A program made the translations under genes and the position numbers. The notes below the pieces were generated by a model. The model saw only the letters and a program-made list of their open reading frames with translations, did no database searches and was not told the DNA's origin. Shown piece by piece: positions 8,225 to 17,418 of a DNA stretch of 64,000 nucleotides. The stretch lies in assembly GCA_041907145.1 (NCBI GenBank), contig JAYRHW010000132.1, forward strand, positions 431 to 64,430, given 5' to 3'. Position 1 is the first letter of the stretch, and each line of letters begins with the position of its first letter. Source of the DNA: Bdellovibrionota bacterium. GTDB lineage: Bacteria; Bdellovibrionota_C; UBA2361; JAFLCA01.

Positions 8225-9289
8225 ATGGCTAAATTCCTGCGCATAGATCTTACCAAGCCCGACGGCGCGGTGCCGATCGGAAAGATTGAGTCCGGTGAAG
8301 CCTTCATTGGCAGAGAGCCAGGTACTGCCACCGGCATCACCGTCGATAATACTGCGATATCTCGTCAGCACGGGTTGTTCGTACGAGGGCGGAATTGCTG
8401 GGTCTTTCGCGATCTGGGATCGACGAACGGTTCTTGGCTCAATGGCAAGCCGCTCAAGGCCGGTCAGTGGAAGATTGTCAGATCGGGCGATGTCTTGCAG
8501 CTTGCCGATTCGGCGCTGAATCTGGTCGAGGAGCGCGGACCGGGATTTGCCGCCCCCGGTAGTACTTCCAATGTCGGAGGGCGCGCGCTCATCGTCTTTT
8601 CAGGTGGAAATTTTCAAGACGAGTATCCCATTCCAGAGTATGGCAGGGCATTGGTCGTTGGCGGATCGCGCAGCGATTTGCCCTTAGATGGAGACCTCGC
8701 GGAGCTTCCGACGTTGGTAGTTGAGCGGCGAGGGGAGGGTATTTGCGCGTTTGGGCTTGCAAAGGATCAAAAGGTTTACATTAACGAGAATGAGATGAAT
8801 GACGTGGTCCCGCTTAAGGACGGCGACGACATTCAGGTGGGGCAGTACTCGATTTTGTACAGCGACCCCACTGGACAGCGAGCAGGAGCTGCGCAGCAGC
8901 CCCCGCTGTTCGCCGGAGAGCGACCGTCAGCTGGCGCCTCAGTGGGGCCGGTGGAGCAGACCACTCGTCTTTCGGGCGTCCGCGGGTGGGCTAACACTGA
9001 AGGTGCTGCCCCAAGCGACGGCATGCTCACAGGAGCAAAGACTCAGCCGCGATTGAATTTTGGCCAGCAGGATTATGCGGACCCCAATGCTGAGGAGACG
9101 ATTGCGATCGATCCCAACGACAGTCGCCTTAGGGGATTGGGTTATGATCGTCATCCCTCGACTCGATACGTTGAGGAGGGCAGGCAGGGGGTCTCGCTCG
9201 AGGCGGTGGAGGATAAAGTCATCCTCATTATCGGCTTCGTGCTTCTCCTGGCCCTCCTGGGGCTCGTTCTCTGGTGGGTATTTGCCTAG
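8225..9289 (+). CDS. Dual FHA-domain protein with C-terminal transmembrane anchor
   Basis: Two FHA-like modules: FIGREPG...ISRQHGLFV...GSTNGSWLNGKPL...GDVLQL, and a second LVVGGSRSDLPLDGD...VYINENEMN...GDDIQVG. C-terminal hydrophobic helix VILIIGFVLLLALLGLVLWWVFA at the extreme end. Confidence 0.6.
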   Translation: MAKFLRIDLTKPDGAVPIGKIESGEAFIGREPGTATGITVDNTAISRQHGLFVRGRNCWVFRDLGSTNGSWLNGKPLKAGQWKIVRSGDVLQLADSALNLVEERGPGFAAPGSTSNVGGRALIVFSGGNFQDEYPIPEYGRALVVGGSRSDLPLDGDLAELPTLVVERRGEGICAFGLAKDQKVYINENEMNDVVPLKDGDDIQVGQYSILYSDPTGQRAGAAQQPPLFAGERPSAGASVGPVEQTTRLSGVRGWANTEGAAPSDGMLTGAKTQPRLNFGQQDYADPNAEETIAIDPNDSRLRGLGYDRHPSTRYVEEGRQGVSLEAVEDKVILIIGFVLLLALLGLVLWWVFA

Positions 9290-9324
9290 CAGCGAGGCCC
9301 TGATTCAGCGGGAGTTGCTTCCGG

Positions 9325-10734
9325 TTATCCCGCGAGGGGCAGATAGACACTAGCGCGCATCTCGATATCAGAAATACGCTTAAACTCAACTTTGCTCCCA
9401 TAGCGCGCGGCAAGACTTTGCGCCGCAGCGAGGCCTTTATTGCTGTTCTCGCCATCGGCGCCGGTCGCGTTTGAAAGGCTGCCTTCGATTATCAGGGACA
9501 CCAAGTCGTCATGCAAATATCGCATGCGGGTCGCGGCATATGAGGTAACGATGAATTCGATGTATTGGGCGCTGCGATTTACTTCCGAGTCCAATACGAT
9601 TTCACCGCCCAGGGTAACATTCTCGGCTGCCAACAAGGTTAGGTGACCAAGAATCTGGAACAAGTCACAGGGGCGAACCGAGACAAGGTAGTCATGCTTG
9701 ACCTTTACCTTAACTTCTACTCCCGCCGGAATTACCTGATCCAAAATCTCAAGCAGAAAAGTGACCATAGCTCCAAGCGAGGCGCCGACTGCATCCTCAT
9801 CCATCATATGCTGCACCATCTGCAGCGGAGCCTGCAGGGATCCGGCGTTGGAACCTAGCAGACGCAGGCAGCCAGCAGAGGTAAGAAGCGAGAGGGTGCG
9901 GATCCTCTGAGCTTGCCGCAGGAGCTGAGATAGCTGCAGTACGCCACTAAGGTCGGAGAAGGCGAGCGAGTATCCGACGGACTGGCCGTGCTTCCCCAGT
10001 AGAGTGGCAACCCGTGCTTCTGCTTTGAAGCTGCGGTTATCCAGGCGATTGATCAACATCGAAAAGCTGGAGATGTCGTGCGTCGCAGACGTTTCCTGGA
10101 TCGCTTGCAGCATCAGCTCTTCGTGTTTTGTGAGCAGCGGAAGAAACTGCTTTACCGAGGCTTCGATGTTGTCCATCGAATGCGATTTCTTGACGCCCAG
10201 CAGGGTCGCGCCCGGGCTATTGATGAAGCTCACGGTACTGTCGCGATCGAATATGATAAGACCTTCGCGGATTGAGTTAAAGGCGCTGATTGATGAGTGG
10301 CGCATGCCGCTATCTTCGTAATGGTGCTGCACCAACTCGTCATAGGCGCGTTTATTGCGGCTCAATGAGCCTATTTGTAGAAATACTTGATCAGGGTCAA
10401 AGGGAGCGATCATCGCCACATCAACGCCGGCACCATACAGAGACTGCAGTGCAGCACGATCCTTTGTCGTCACCAGGGCAAGGACAGGAATTGCGGCCAG
10501 TGCTTCATTGGTCTTGAGTTGCAGACAAAGATTGACTCCGCCTGCGCCGCCTTCAATACGCGGAGGAATCACGACGCAGTCGAATGGCGCATCCTCCTCG
10601 ACGATGAGTTGGTTTATCTCCTGCACATTTGCCACGTTTCGAATGCTGTACTCGTGACGCTGAAAGACGGCTGCGATCGAAGGCGCCTCTTCCTCGGTGG
10701 GTTTGAACACCGCTATGCGTGGAATCTTAAGCAT
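9325..10734 (-). CDS. Regulatory protein: atypical receiver-like N-domain, PAS, and GHKL/HATPase-like C-terminus
   Basis: 469 aa. N-terminus has a receiver-like fold but lacks the acidic DD pair. PAS-like centre. C-terminal ...GGEIVLDSEV...AARYGSKVEFKRISDIEMRASVYLPL resembles an HATPase_c tail. No obvious H-box. Confidence 0.45.
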   Translation of the reverse strand: MLKIPRIAVFKPTEEEAPSIAAVFQRHEYSIRNVANVQEINQLIVEEDAPFDCVVIPPRIEGGAGGVNLCLQLKTNEALAAIPVLALVTTKDRAALQSLYGAGVDVAMIAPFDPDQVFLQIGSLSRNKRAYDELVQHHYEDSGMRHSSISAFNSIREGLIIFDRDSTVSFINSPGATLLGVKKSHSMDNIEASVKQFLPLLTKHEELMLQAIQETSATHDISSFSMLINRLDNRSFKAEARVATLLGKHGQSVGYSLAFSDLSGVLQLSQLLRQAQRIRTLSLLTSAGCLRLLGSNAGSLQAPLQMVQHMMDEDAVGASLGAMVTFLLEILDQVIPAGVEVKVKVKHDYLVSVRPCDLFQILGHLTLLAAENVTLGGEIVLDSEVNRSAQYIEFIVTSYAATRMRYLHDDLVSLIIEGSLSNATGADGENSNKGLAAAQSLAARYGSKVEFKRISDIEMRASVYLPLAG

Positions 10735-11030
10735 TCTCGTTTGCTCGATGTAGCGCTTCCTGAGCCCGTATCCTCGGCAATTTTGAGTACTTACGGTACA
10801 GATCCTCTGTCGGCATTGGCAGAGGGGAAGTTTATCCCTGTCTTACCGGAGCCGGTAGCGGATGTTTTCTTAATGATTGCGATATGATATACACTCGAAC
10901 GGCTCTGTAGCCATGAGTAGGCTGCTCCTGCCACCATCGGCTAAGGCAGTGAATCTGCATTGCTATTGATCGGTGCTCACCCGGCGATTACGAACGGGAA
11001 ATCAGGGCGCGCCGGAAGCGAAGGAAATCT

Positions 11031-11975
11031 ATGTTGTGTTTGGTTACCGGGGTCGCAGGCTTTGTTGGCTCGTCGCTTTGTGATCGATTACTTGCTGACG
11101 GGCATTCGGTCCGCGGCATCGATTGCTTCGTAGACTATTATCCCCGTGGGGTAAAGGAATCGAATCTTGCGGGCGCGAGAAAATCCGCTCGATTCTCGTT
11201 TCGTGAGGACAATCTCCTGACCACCGACATGGCCTCTCTCCTTGAGGGCGTCGATGTAGTGTTTCATCAAGCGGCGCAAGCCGGCGTGCGCGCGAGCTGG
11301 GGGAGCTATTTCTCCAGTTACTGCGATAATAATATTTTGGCGACTCAGAAGTTGCTGGAGGCAGCCAAGGGGCGAAGTCATATCCAAAAGATTGTCTACG
11401 CATCAAGCTCATCGGTTTATGGCAACGCCGAAAGTTTTCCGACGCCCGAAACCGTCATGCCTCAGCCGGTAAGTCCGTACGGCGTCACCAAGCTCGCTGC
11501 CGAGCATTTAATGAGTCTGTATGCCACTGAATTCGGCGTGCCGACCGTTTCACTGAGGTATTTTACCGTCTATGGTCCGCGGCAGCGCCCAGATATGGCG
11601 TTCAATCGATTTTCCAAGGCTGCTCTGGGTGGGGAGGAATTGAGTCTCTATGGTGATGGCGAGCAGTCCCGAGACTTCACTTTTATCAGCGATATCGTAG
11701 AAGCTAATTTGCTTGCCGCGCTGCATGGCAAGCCTGGCCGCGTCTTCAATATTGGCGGCGGGACTCAAGCAACGGTTAATGTGGTCTTGGATATCATTCG
11801 TTCCCGTGTCGGGAATCTGAAGGTTAAGCGCTGCGAGCGACAAGTGGGGGATGCTCGCCATACCAGTGCCGATACCAGCCGGGCACGAGCGGAGCTCGGA
11901 TACCAGCCGAAAGTATCGCTTGAGCAGGGAATTGCTATGGAAATTGACTGGATGGCTGAGCAGCTTCGAGGATGA
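11031..11975 (+). CDS. NAD-dependent epimerase/dehydratase (extended SDR; UDP-sugar epimerase or ADP-heptose epimerase-like)
   Basis: GVAGFVGSSL Rossmann motif, YASSSSVYG, YGVTKLAAE (YxxxK). Confidence 0.75.
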   Translation: MLCLVTGVAGFVGSSLCDRLLADGHSVRGIDCFVDYYPRGVKESNLAGARKSARFSFREDNLLTTDMASLLEGVDVVFHQAAQAGVRASWGSYFSSYCDNNILATQKLLEAAKGRSHIQKIVYASSSSVYGNAESFPTPETVMPQPVSPYGVTKLAAEHLMSLYATEFGVPTVSLRYFTVYGPRQRPDMAFNRFSKAALGGEELSLYGDGEQSRDFTFISDIVEANLLAALHGKPGRVFNIGGGTQATVNVVLDIIRSRVGNLKVKRCERQVGDARHTSADTSRARAELGYQPKVSLEQGIAMEIDWMAEQLRG

Positions 11976-12976
11976 GAGTCCTGCTCGTACAAACTAGTTT
12001 CTTGGGCGATACGGTGCTCTCGACGCCGGTCATAGCCGGACTTAAAATGCTCTATCCCGATGCCGAGCTTTGGATGCTTACGACTCCTGCCGGGCGTCAG
12101 CTCGTCGAGCGTGATCCGCTATTGAAGGGGGTAATTACATTCGATAAGCGCCGCACCGAGTCGGGAGTGCTTGGGCTCTGGCGCAAGGCCCGTGCTCTGC
12201 GACGTTTTGGCTTCTCCAAGGCATATTCATTGCATCGTTCGGCCCGCACCTCGGTGTTGCTTGCCTGGGCCGGCATCCCCGAGCGCGTGGGCTTTAAGGA
12301 GGCCAGGTTCAGTTCGCTCTATACGCGACGTCTGCCGCGCAGTAAATCGGATCATGATGTGCAGCGCAATTTGTCGATACTCGCTGACTTTGCGCAGAGC
12401 GAAAAGATTGAGCAGGAGATGCGACTATTCGCTCCGCCCCTGGATGCTCTCAGCGAACCCGTGCGTCAGGTGGCAGCCCAGCCAGGATATGTGCTCCTCT
12501 CTCCCGGAAGTACCTGGTATACGAAGATGTGGTCATGGCAGCGATACCGAGAGGTCGCTGTGCACTATCTGAAAATGGGGCAACGGGTGGTGGTTTCGGG
12601 CGCTCCCGAGGAAGAGTCTGTGGCTGACAAGGTGTGCGAAGGGATTTCCGCGATCAACCTTGCCGGAGCGACTAGTCTTGCGGAGCAGCTTGCCTTGGTG
12701 GAGCACGCGGGCTTGGTGATCTGTAATGATAGTTTAATTCTTCACGTTGCTTCGGCATTCAAGCGGCCCACCGTGGCGATTTTTTGTGCGACCTCGCCAA
12801 CCTTCGGGTTCGGTCCTTGGCGATCTCCAGCTCGAGTGGTGGAGATGGAAGGATTATCCTGCAAGCCATGTCGCCGACATGGTGGGAAATTCTGTCCGAC
12901 TGGAACGGAAGCCTGTATGAATGACTTGAGCAGCCAAAAGGTGCTTGCCGCTGCTCGCGAGGTATTTCCCGTATGA
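11972..12976 (+). CDS. Glycosyltransferase family 9 (LPS heptosyltransferase, WaaC/WaaF-like)
   Basis: MRVLLVQTSFLGDTVLSTPVIAGLK... typical GT9 N terminus. ATGA overlap with the upstream gene. Confidence 0.7.
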   Translation: MRVLLVQTSFLGDTVLSTPVIAGLKMLYPDAELWMLTTPAGRQLVERDPLLKGVITFDKRRTESGVLGLWRKARALRRFGFSKAYSLHRSARTSVLLAWAGIPERVGFKEARFSSLYTRRLPRSKSDHDVQRNLSILADFAQSEKIEQEMRLFAPPLDALSEPVRQVAAQPGYVLLSPGSTWYTKMWSWQRYREVAVHYLKMGQRVVVSGAPEEESVADKVCEGISAINLAGATSLAEQLALVEHAGLVICNDSLILHVASAFKRPTVAIFCATSPTFGFGPWRSPARVVEMEGLSCKPCRRHGGKFCPTGTEACMNDLSSQKVLAAAREVFPV

Positions 12977-13683
12977 ATGCAGGCGTGGTTCACCAAAAAA
13001 TCGGTCGTTATCAGCTTGGCCTGGTGCGCTCGCTGACGCCGACGCAAGGGGCAGCCTTGCTCAAATTGATAGAGTCACCCGCGACTCCACAGTCAAGTGA
13101 TGTGCTTTCGGGGCGTGGCACGGTTACGCACGGTGAAATCCCAGGGCTAGGACGCGTGGTCGTGAAGCGGTACCACCGTGGCGGCCTGCTTGGCAAAGTC
13201 AATCGTGCTACCCACATCCGCAGCGGACGAGTACGTTCGCGCGCTGAGTTTGAACGTCTCATGTATGTGCGCGCTTTAGGTGTCGCGGCGCCTGAGCCGA
13301 TTGGTTATGTCTTCACGGGATTTCTCCTCTATAACGCGTGGCTCATCATGCGCGAGATTGAGAACTATCAAAGCCTCGCCCGTATGAGCACGCAGGAGGA
13401 GGATCGAGCACGGCACTATACGGAGCTGCTAGCGGCGGACATTTCCAAGCTCGTAGAGGCGCGCATGTACCATGTGGATTTGCATCCCGGTAATGTGCTC
13501 ATCGATGGCACTGGGCAGCGCCACATTATTGATTTTGACAAAGCAGTTGACTTCTATGGCTCACGCAACGATCTGCGCGACCGGTATTTGGTGCGCTGGC
13601 GTCGGGCGGTGATCAAACACTCGCTGCCGGAGTTCCTCAGTGAGATTCTTAGTGCAGCGCTGCGAAAGCACTTCGAGGCTTGA
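12973..13683 (+). CDS. Lipopolysaccharide kinase (Kdo kinase KdkA / WaaP / InaA family)
   Basis: VVVKRYHRGGLLGK..., HVDLHPGNVLIDG catalytic-loop-like motif. Sits between heptosyltransferases. Confidence 0.6.
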   Translation: MNAGVVHQKIGRYQLGLVRSLTPTQGAALLKLIESPATPQSSDVLSGRGTVTHGEIPGLGRVVVKRYHRGGLLGKVNRATHIRSGRVRSRAEFERLMYVRALGVAAPEPIGYVFTGFLLYNAWLIMREIENYQSLARMSTQEEDRARHYTELLAADISKLVEARMYHVDLHPGNVLIDGTGQRHIIDFDKAVDFYGSRNDLRDRYLVRWRRAVIKHSLPEFLSEILSAALRKHFEA

Positions 13684-13684
13684 G

Positions 13685-14731
13685 ATGGAACAGGGCCTAT
13701 CGCCGTCAATCCTCGTCATTTTAATGGGCTCAATCGGCGACGTGGCGCGTGGGCTCTGTATAGCGTCTCAATTGAAACGCGCATATCCCCAATGTCGCCT
13801 CAGCTGGTTGGTCGAGCCGAAGTGCGAGGGGCTTGTACGCAGCAATCGATGGATTGACGAAGTTTTCGTGTTTGCTCGCAATAGTCCGGTTCGCGGCTTC
13901 TTCGAGCTGCGTCGGGTGCTCTCTGAGCGGAGATTTGATATCTGCCTCGATATGCAGCGGCACTTCAAAAGCGGACTGTTTGCCAGACTTTCCGGTGCGG
14001 CGCGTCGAGTTGGCTTTCATCCTAAGAACGCCAAAGAAGGGAACGCGCTATTTCAAACCGAGTACATTCCCTATCGCAGTGATGACACTTCGAAGCTGGA
14101 CCACTATCTCTTGTTTGTCTCCCAGCTTGGTATCGAGGCTCAGCGACCATTTGATTTTGGGTTAGCAACTGATGCAGAGCCGGAAGTAGTGCGGACATTG
14201 CGGCAGCGCTCTGCGAAGGGCTATTGCGCGATTATCCTCGGCTCTACCTGGAAGTCGAAGGACTGGATGCCGGAGGGCTATCAGAAGCTGATAGAAATTC
14301 TATTGAGACGCACCGAGCTACATGTCGTGCTCTGTGGTGATCGAACACAAGAGGCGTTGGCCCAGCATTTATCGAGTAAGTTCAGGGACCCGCGTCTGGT
14401 GGACACGGTGGGGCGCACTTCGCTCGTGGAGCTATCCTATTTGTTGAAGGGCGCGCGGGGCTGCGTCGGCCCCGATTCGGGGCCAGCGCATATTGCCGCC
14501 GCTGTCGGAACCAAGCATGTAACACTCTTTGGTCCGACGTCCGCGCAGCGCGTGGCGCCATTTGGAAGTGAACATCTGAGTGTGCATTCCTCTGTCGGGT
14601 GCTCCCCGTGCTATCGGCGAGAGTGTCCTGGTCTCAATACGGTATGTATGCGCCTTATAAGCGCCGATAGCGTATGGCAAAAGCTCCAGCAGGTGCTTGG
14701 AGAGAAAAATCAGGTGCCTATCCAAGTCTAG
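13685..14731 (+). CDS. Glycosyltransferase family 9 (second LPS heptosyltransferase)
   Basis: ILVILMGSIGDVARGLCIASQLKRAYPQCRLSWLVEP GT9 motif. Probable start ATG 13685 (MEQGLSP...), not the overlapping upstream codon. Confidence 0.7.
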   Translation: MEQGLSPSILVILMGSIGDVARGLCIASQLKRAYPQCRLSWLVEPKCEGLVRSNRWIDEVFVFARNSPVRGFFELRRVLSERRFDICLDMQRHFKSGLFARLSGAARRVGFHPKNAKEGNALFQTEYIPYRSDDTSKLDHYLLFVSQLGIEAQRPFDFGLATDAEPEVVRTLRQRSAKGYCAIILGSTWKSKDWMPEGYQKLIEILLRRTELHVVLCGDRTQEALAQHLSSKFRDPRLVDTVGRTSLVELSYLLKGARGCVGPDSGPAHIAAAVGTKHVTLFGPTSAQRVAPFGSEHLSVHSSVGCSPCYRRECPGLNTVCMRLISADSVWQKLQQVLGEKNQVPIQV

Positions 14732-14776
14732 AGTGTATTTGCTATGCTCCCGACGTAGAGATTTCGTGAGGTTAGA

Positions 14777-15796
14777 GTGATCTCCCAGCGACAAGAACTT
14801 TTAGACACCATTCAGAAGATTCATGGTCTGCCCATGCTGGTTGTGGGGGATATAATTCTCGATCGTTATGTCTGGGGTGCCGTGGCCCGTATTTCGCCAG
14901 AAGCTCCGGTGCCAGTGGTCGACGTTCGCAGAGTCGAGGATCGTCTTGGTGGCGCAGCCAATGTAGTGCGTAATCTTACAAATTTGGGCGTGCAGGTCAG
15001 TTTGTGCGGTTTCATTGGAGACGATGACGAAGGGAAAACCGTGCTGGGACTGCTGTCCAAAGATAGGGTCGGAAAGGAAGGGGTTATTATAGACCGAGAC
15101 CGACCTACGTCGCTCAAGACCCGAGTTGTTGCTCAGAAGCAGCAGATGCTTCGTATCGATCGAGAAGCGACGGAGGATAGGCCGGTTCCTCTGCGAGAGG
15201 CTTTCGCGGCAGTCGTCGAAGCCCAGCTCGACAAGGCTAAGTCGGTGATTGTCTCGGATTACGGAAAGGGTGCGGTCTCCGATTCTTTGTTCCGCAAGTT
15301 AACCGAGGCTCATAAGGCTAGACGCCTGGGGCTCGCCAGTCGTGCGCTGGTGCTGGATCCTCATCCAGCTAATTATGCTCTATACCAGAATGTGACGGTC
15401 GCCAAGCCGAACAGGCGCGAGGCCGAGCTGGCCTCCGGTATCACTATTACAGACAAGAAGTCCGTGGTAGCAGCGGCTAAGAGACTTATCGAGAAGTGGA
15501 ACTGTGAAATGCTCGTGATCACTCTCGGAGAAGATGGTCTCGCGATCATATCTTCCTCTGGGGCGGAGCCGATCTTCCTCGACACCGTGGCTCTGGAGGT
15601 GTTCGACGTCAGCGGCGCCGGGGACACGGTAACCGCGGTCTTCGCTGCCGCGTTAGCCACAGGCGCTGCTCCAAGCGTCGCCGGCGACCTAGCCAATATC
15701 GCGGCTGGCGTAGTGGTATCGGAGGTGGGAACCGTTGCGATAACGGAGGCCAAGTTAATCAAGGAAATAGAGCGTCTCGCCGCACGAAAGGCGTAG
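14777..15796 (+). CDS. hldA: D-glycero-beta-D-manno-heptose-7-phosphate kinase (HldE/RfaE domain I only; PfkB family)
   Basis: LVVGDIILDRYVWG...EAPVPVV N terminus typical of RfaE domain I. PfkB-type DVSGAGDT motif. No adenylyltransferase domain fused. Confidence 0.7.
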   Translation: MISQRQELLDTIQKIHGLPMLVVGDIILDRYVWGAVARISPEAPVPVVDVRRVEDRLGGAANVVRNLTNLGVQVSLCGFIGDDDEGKTVLGLLSKDRVGKEGVIIDRDRPTSLKTRVVAQKQQMLRIDREATEDRPVPLREAFAAVVEAQLDKAKSVIVSDYGKGAVSDSLFRKLTEAHKARRLGLASRALVLDPHPANYALYQNVTVAKPNRREAELASGITITDKKSVVAAAKRLIEKWNCEMLVITLGEDGLAIISSSGAEPIFLDTVALEVFDVSGAGDTVTAVFAAALATGAAPSVAGDLANIAAGVVVSEVGTVAITEAKLIKEIERLAARKA

Positions 15797-15805
15797 GTTT
15801 TAATC

Positions 15806-16741
15806 ATGAGTAAGCGCCAAAAGACTAAGGGAAAACCAAGGCCGAAGACTGAGCCCGCAGTCGTCAGCATGACGGGATTCGGTCGTGCGACCGGCGCGCG
15901 CGGAGGCGTTACGGTTGAGGTTGAAATCAAATCTGTCAACAGTCGCTTCCTTGACTGCGCCTTCCGTCTTGCCCGCGAATATTCCTCACTCGAACCATCT
16001 CTTCGTGATTTGTTGAGTGAGCGCATGCATCGCGGTCGTGTTGAATTCAGCATCTCTCGGAATGCGTCCCGATCTGGAGCCGCACATGTTCGTTATGACA
16101 AAGGTCTTTTTGTCGAATATTTGAAATCCTATCGGCAGGCAATCAAGGACGCCGGATCGAAATCTCCGATTGATGCTCGTATGCTGGCAGATATCCTGGC
16201 CCGCCGCGAAGTGTTGGATGTCGCATCGGCTGCGCCGAGTGCCGCCGATGAGGAGGAGTTGGTGCTGCGGCTCGCAAAGGATGCCATCACGGATTTCGTC
16301 GCCATGCGGGCGCGGGAAGGGGGTAAGCTCGCGCATGATCTCACCTCGCGTCTTCGCATGTTGCATCGCTTGCGTGAGCAAATCGCGGGGAAAACGCGCA
16401 CCGCTCCCGAGGAGCAGAAGCGACGTCTCCAGGAGAGACTCGAAAAGTTGCTCAGTGGCAGCGGAATCGACGAAACGAGGTTGTGCACGGAAGCAGCATA
16501 TCTAGCTGATCGACTTGACGTGAGCGAGGAGCTTGTACGTCTCGAAAGCCACCTTCAACAATTTGAGCAAACATTGGGTGAGAGTCCCAATGGCCGCAAG
16601 CTGGAGTTTCTGCTGCAGGAGTTCGGTCGTGAGTTTAATACCATTTCTTCGAAGGCTCAGGATGCCGCCGTGCAGCAGCTGGTTGTCGAGGCCAAGACGG
16701 AGATCGAAAAGATTCGTGAGCAGGTTCAGAACGTAGAGTAG
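15806..16741 (+). CDS. yicC: YicC/YloC family protein
   Basis: MTGFGRATG...VEVEIKSVNSRFLD matches the YicC N-terminal signature. Immediately upstream of gmk, as in many genomes. Confidence 0.75.
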   Translation: MSKRQKTKGKPRPKTEPAVVSMTGFGRATGARGGVTVEVEIKSVNSRFLDCAFRLAREYSSLEPSLRDLLSERMHRGRVEFSISRNASRSGAAHVRYDKGLFVEYLKSYRQAIKDAGSKSPIDARMLADILARREVLDVASAAPSAADEEELVLRLAKDAITDFVAMRAREGGKLAHDLTSRLRMLHRLREQIAGKTRTAPEEQKRRLQERLEKLLSGSGIDETRLCTEAAYLADRLDVSEELVRLESHLQQFEQTLGESPNGRKLEFLLQEFGREFNTISSKAQDAAVQQLVVEAKTEIEKIREQVQNVE

Positions 16742-16758
16742 GGTAGCAGTAGAGTAGG

Positions 16759-17409
16759 GTGGCAATGGTAGGTCGTGTTGGAATGGTGCTGTGTTTGGTC
16801 GGGCCTGCTGGTGGAGGCAAGACTACCTTTTGTCATCGATTGCTTCAGGAGTTTCCTAACGACATGCGGCTTTCCATTTCGGCTACTACTCGTCCTCCAC
16901 GACCGGGCGAGCGCGATGGGGTCAGTTATTACTATCTTACGGAGCAGGAATTCAAGAGTCGGGTGGAGGCCGGAAAGTTTTTCGAGTGGGAGGAGATTCA
17001 CGGACGGCGTTACGGCACACTGCAGGAGACCGTGGACTCAGCCATACAGACGGGCAAGGATTTACTTCTCGATATCGATATTAAGGGGGCTTTGAACTTC
17101 AAGCGGCGCTTGCCCGAGCATACGGTGCTGACCTTCTTGGTGCCGCCAAGTCCGGAAGTTCTGAAGTCTCGCGTGCTCGGACGAGGGGGAGTCTCTCCTA
17201 GCGAGCTCGATGTTCGCCTTCGGACCGCGGCGCAGGAGTACTCGCAGTTATTGTCCCTCGCTGACAAGCCTGGGGCCGTGGACTACTTTATTGTCAACGA
17301 TGTGGCGGATGCGACGTATGAGACTCTGAGATCGGTCGTGCTTGCCGAACGCACTAGACTCATTCGCCTCAAGAAAGCGGACGTACAGGCAGTTTGTCGA
17401 TTGAATTAG
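16759..17409 (+). CDS. gmk: Guanylate kinase
   Basis: P-loop GPAGGGKTT. ISATTRPPRPGERDGVSYYYLTEQEF...EWEEIHGRRYGT matches the Gmk core. Confidence 0.8.
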   Translation: MAMVGRVGMVLCLVGPAGGGKTTFCHRLLQEFPNDMRLSISATTRPPRPGERDGVSYYYLTEQEFKSRVEAGKFFEWEEIHGRRYGTLQETVDSAIQTGKDLLLDIDIKGALNFKRRLPEHTVLTFLVPPSPEVLKSRVLGRGGVSPSELDVRLRTAAQEYSQLLSLADKPGAVDYFIVNDVADATYETLRSVVLAERTRLIRLKKADVQAVCRLN

Positions 17410-17418
17410 GAGCCAAAT

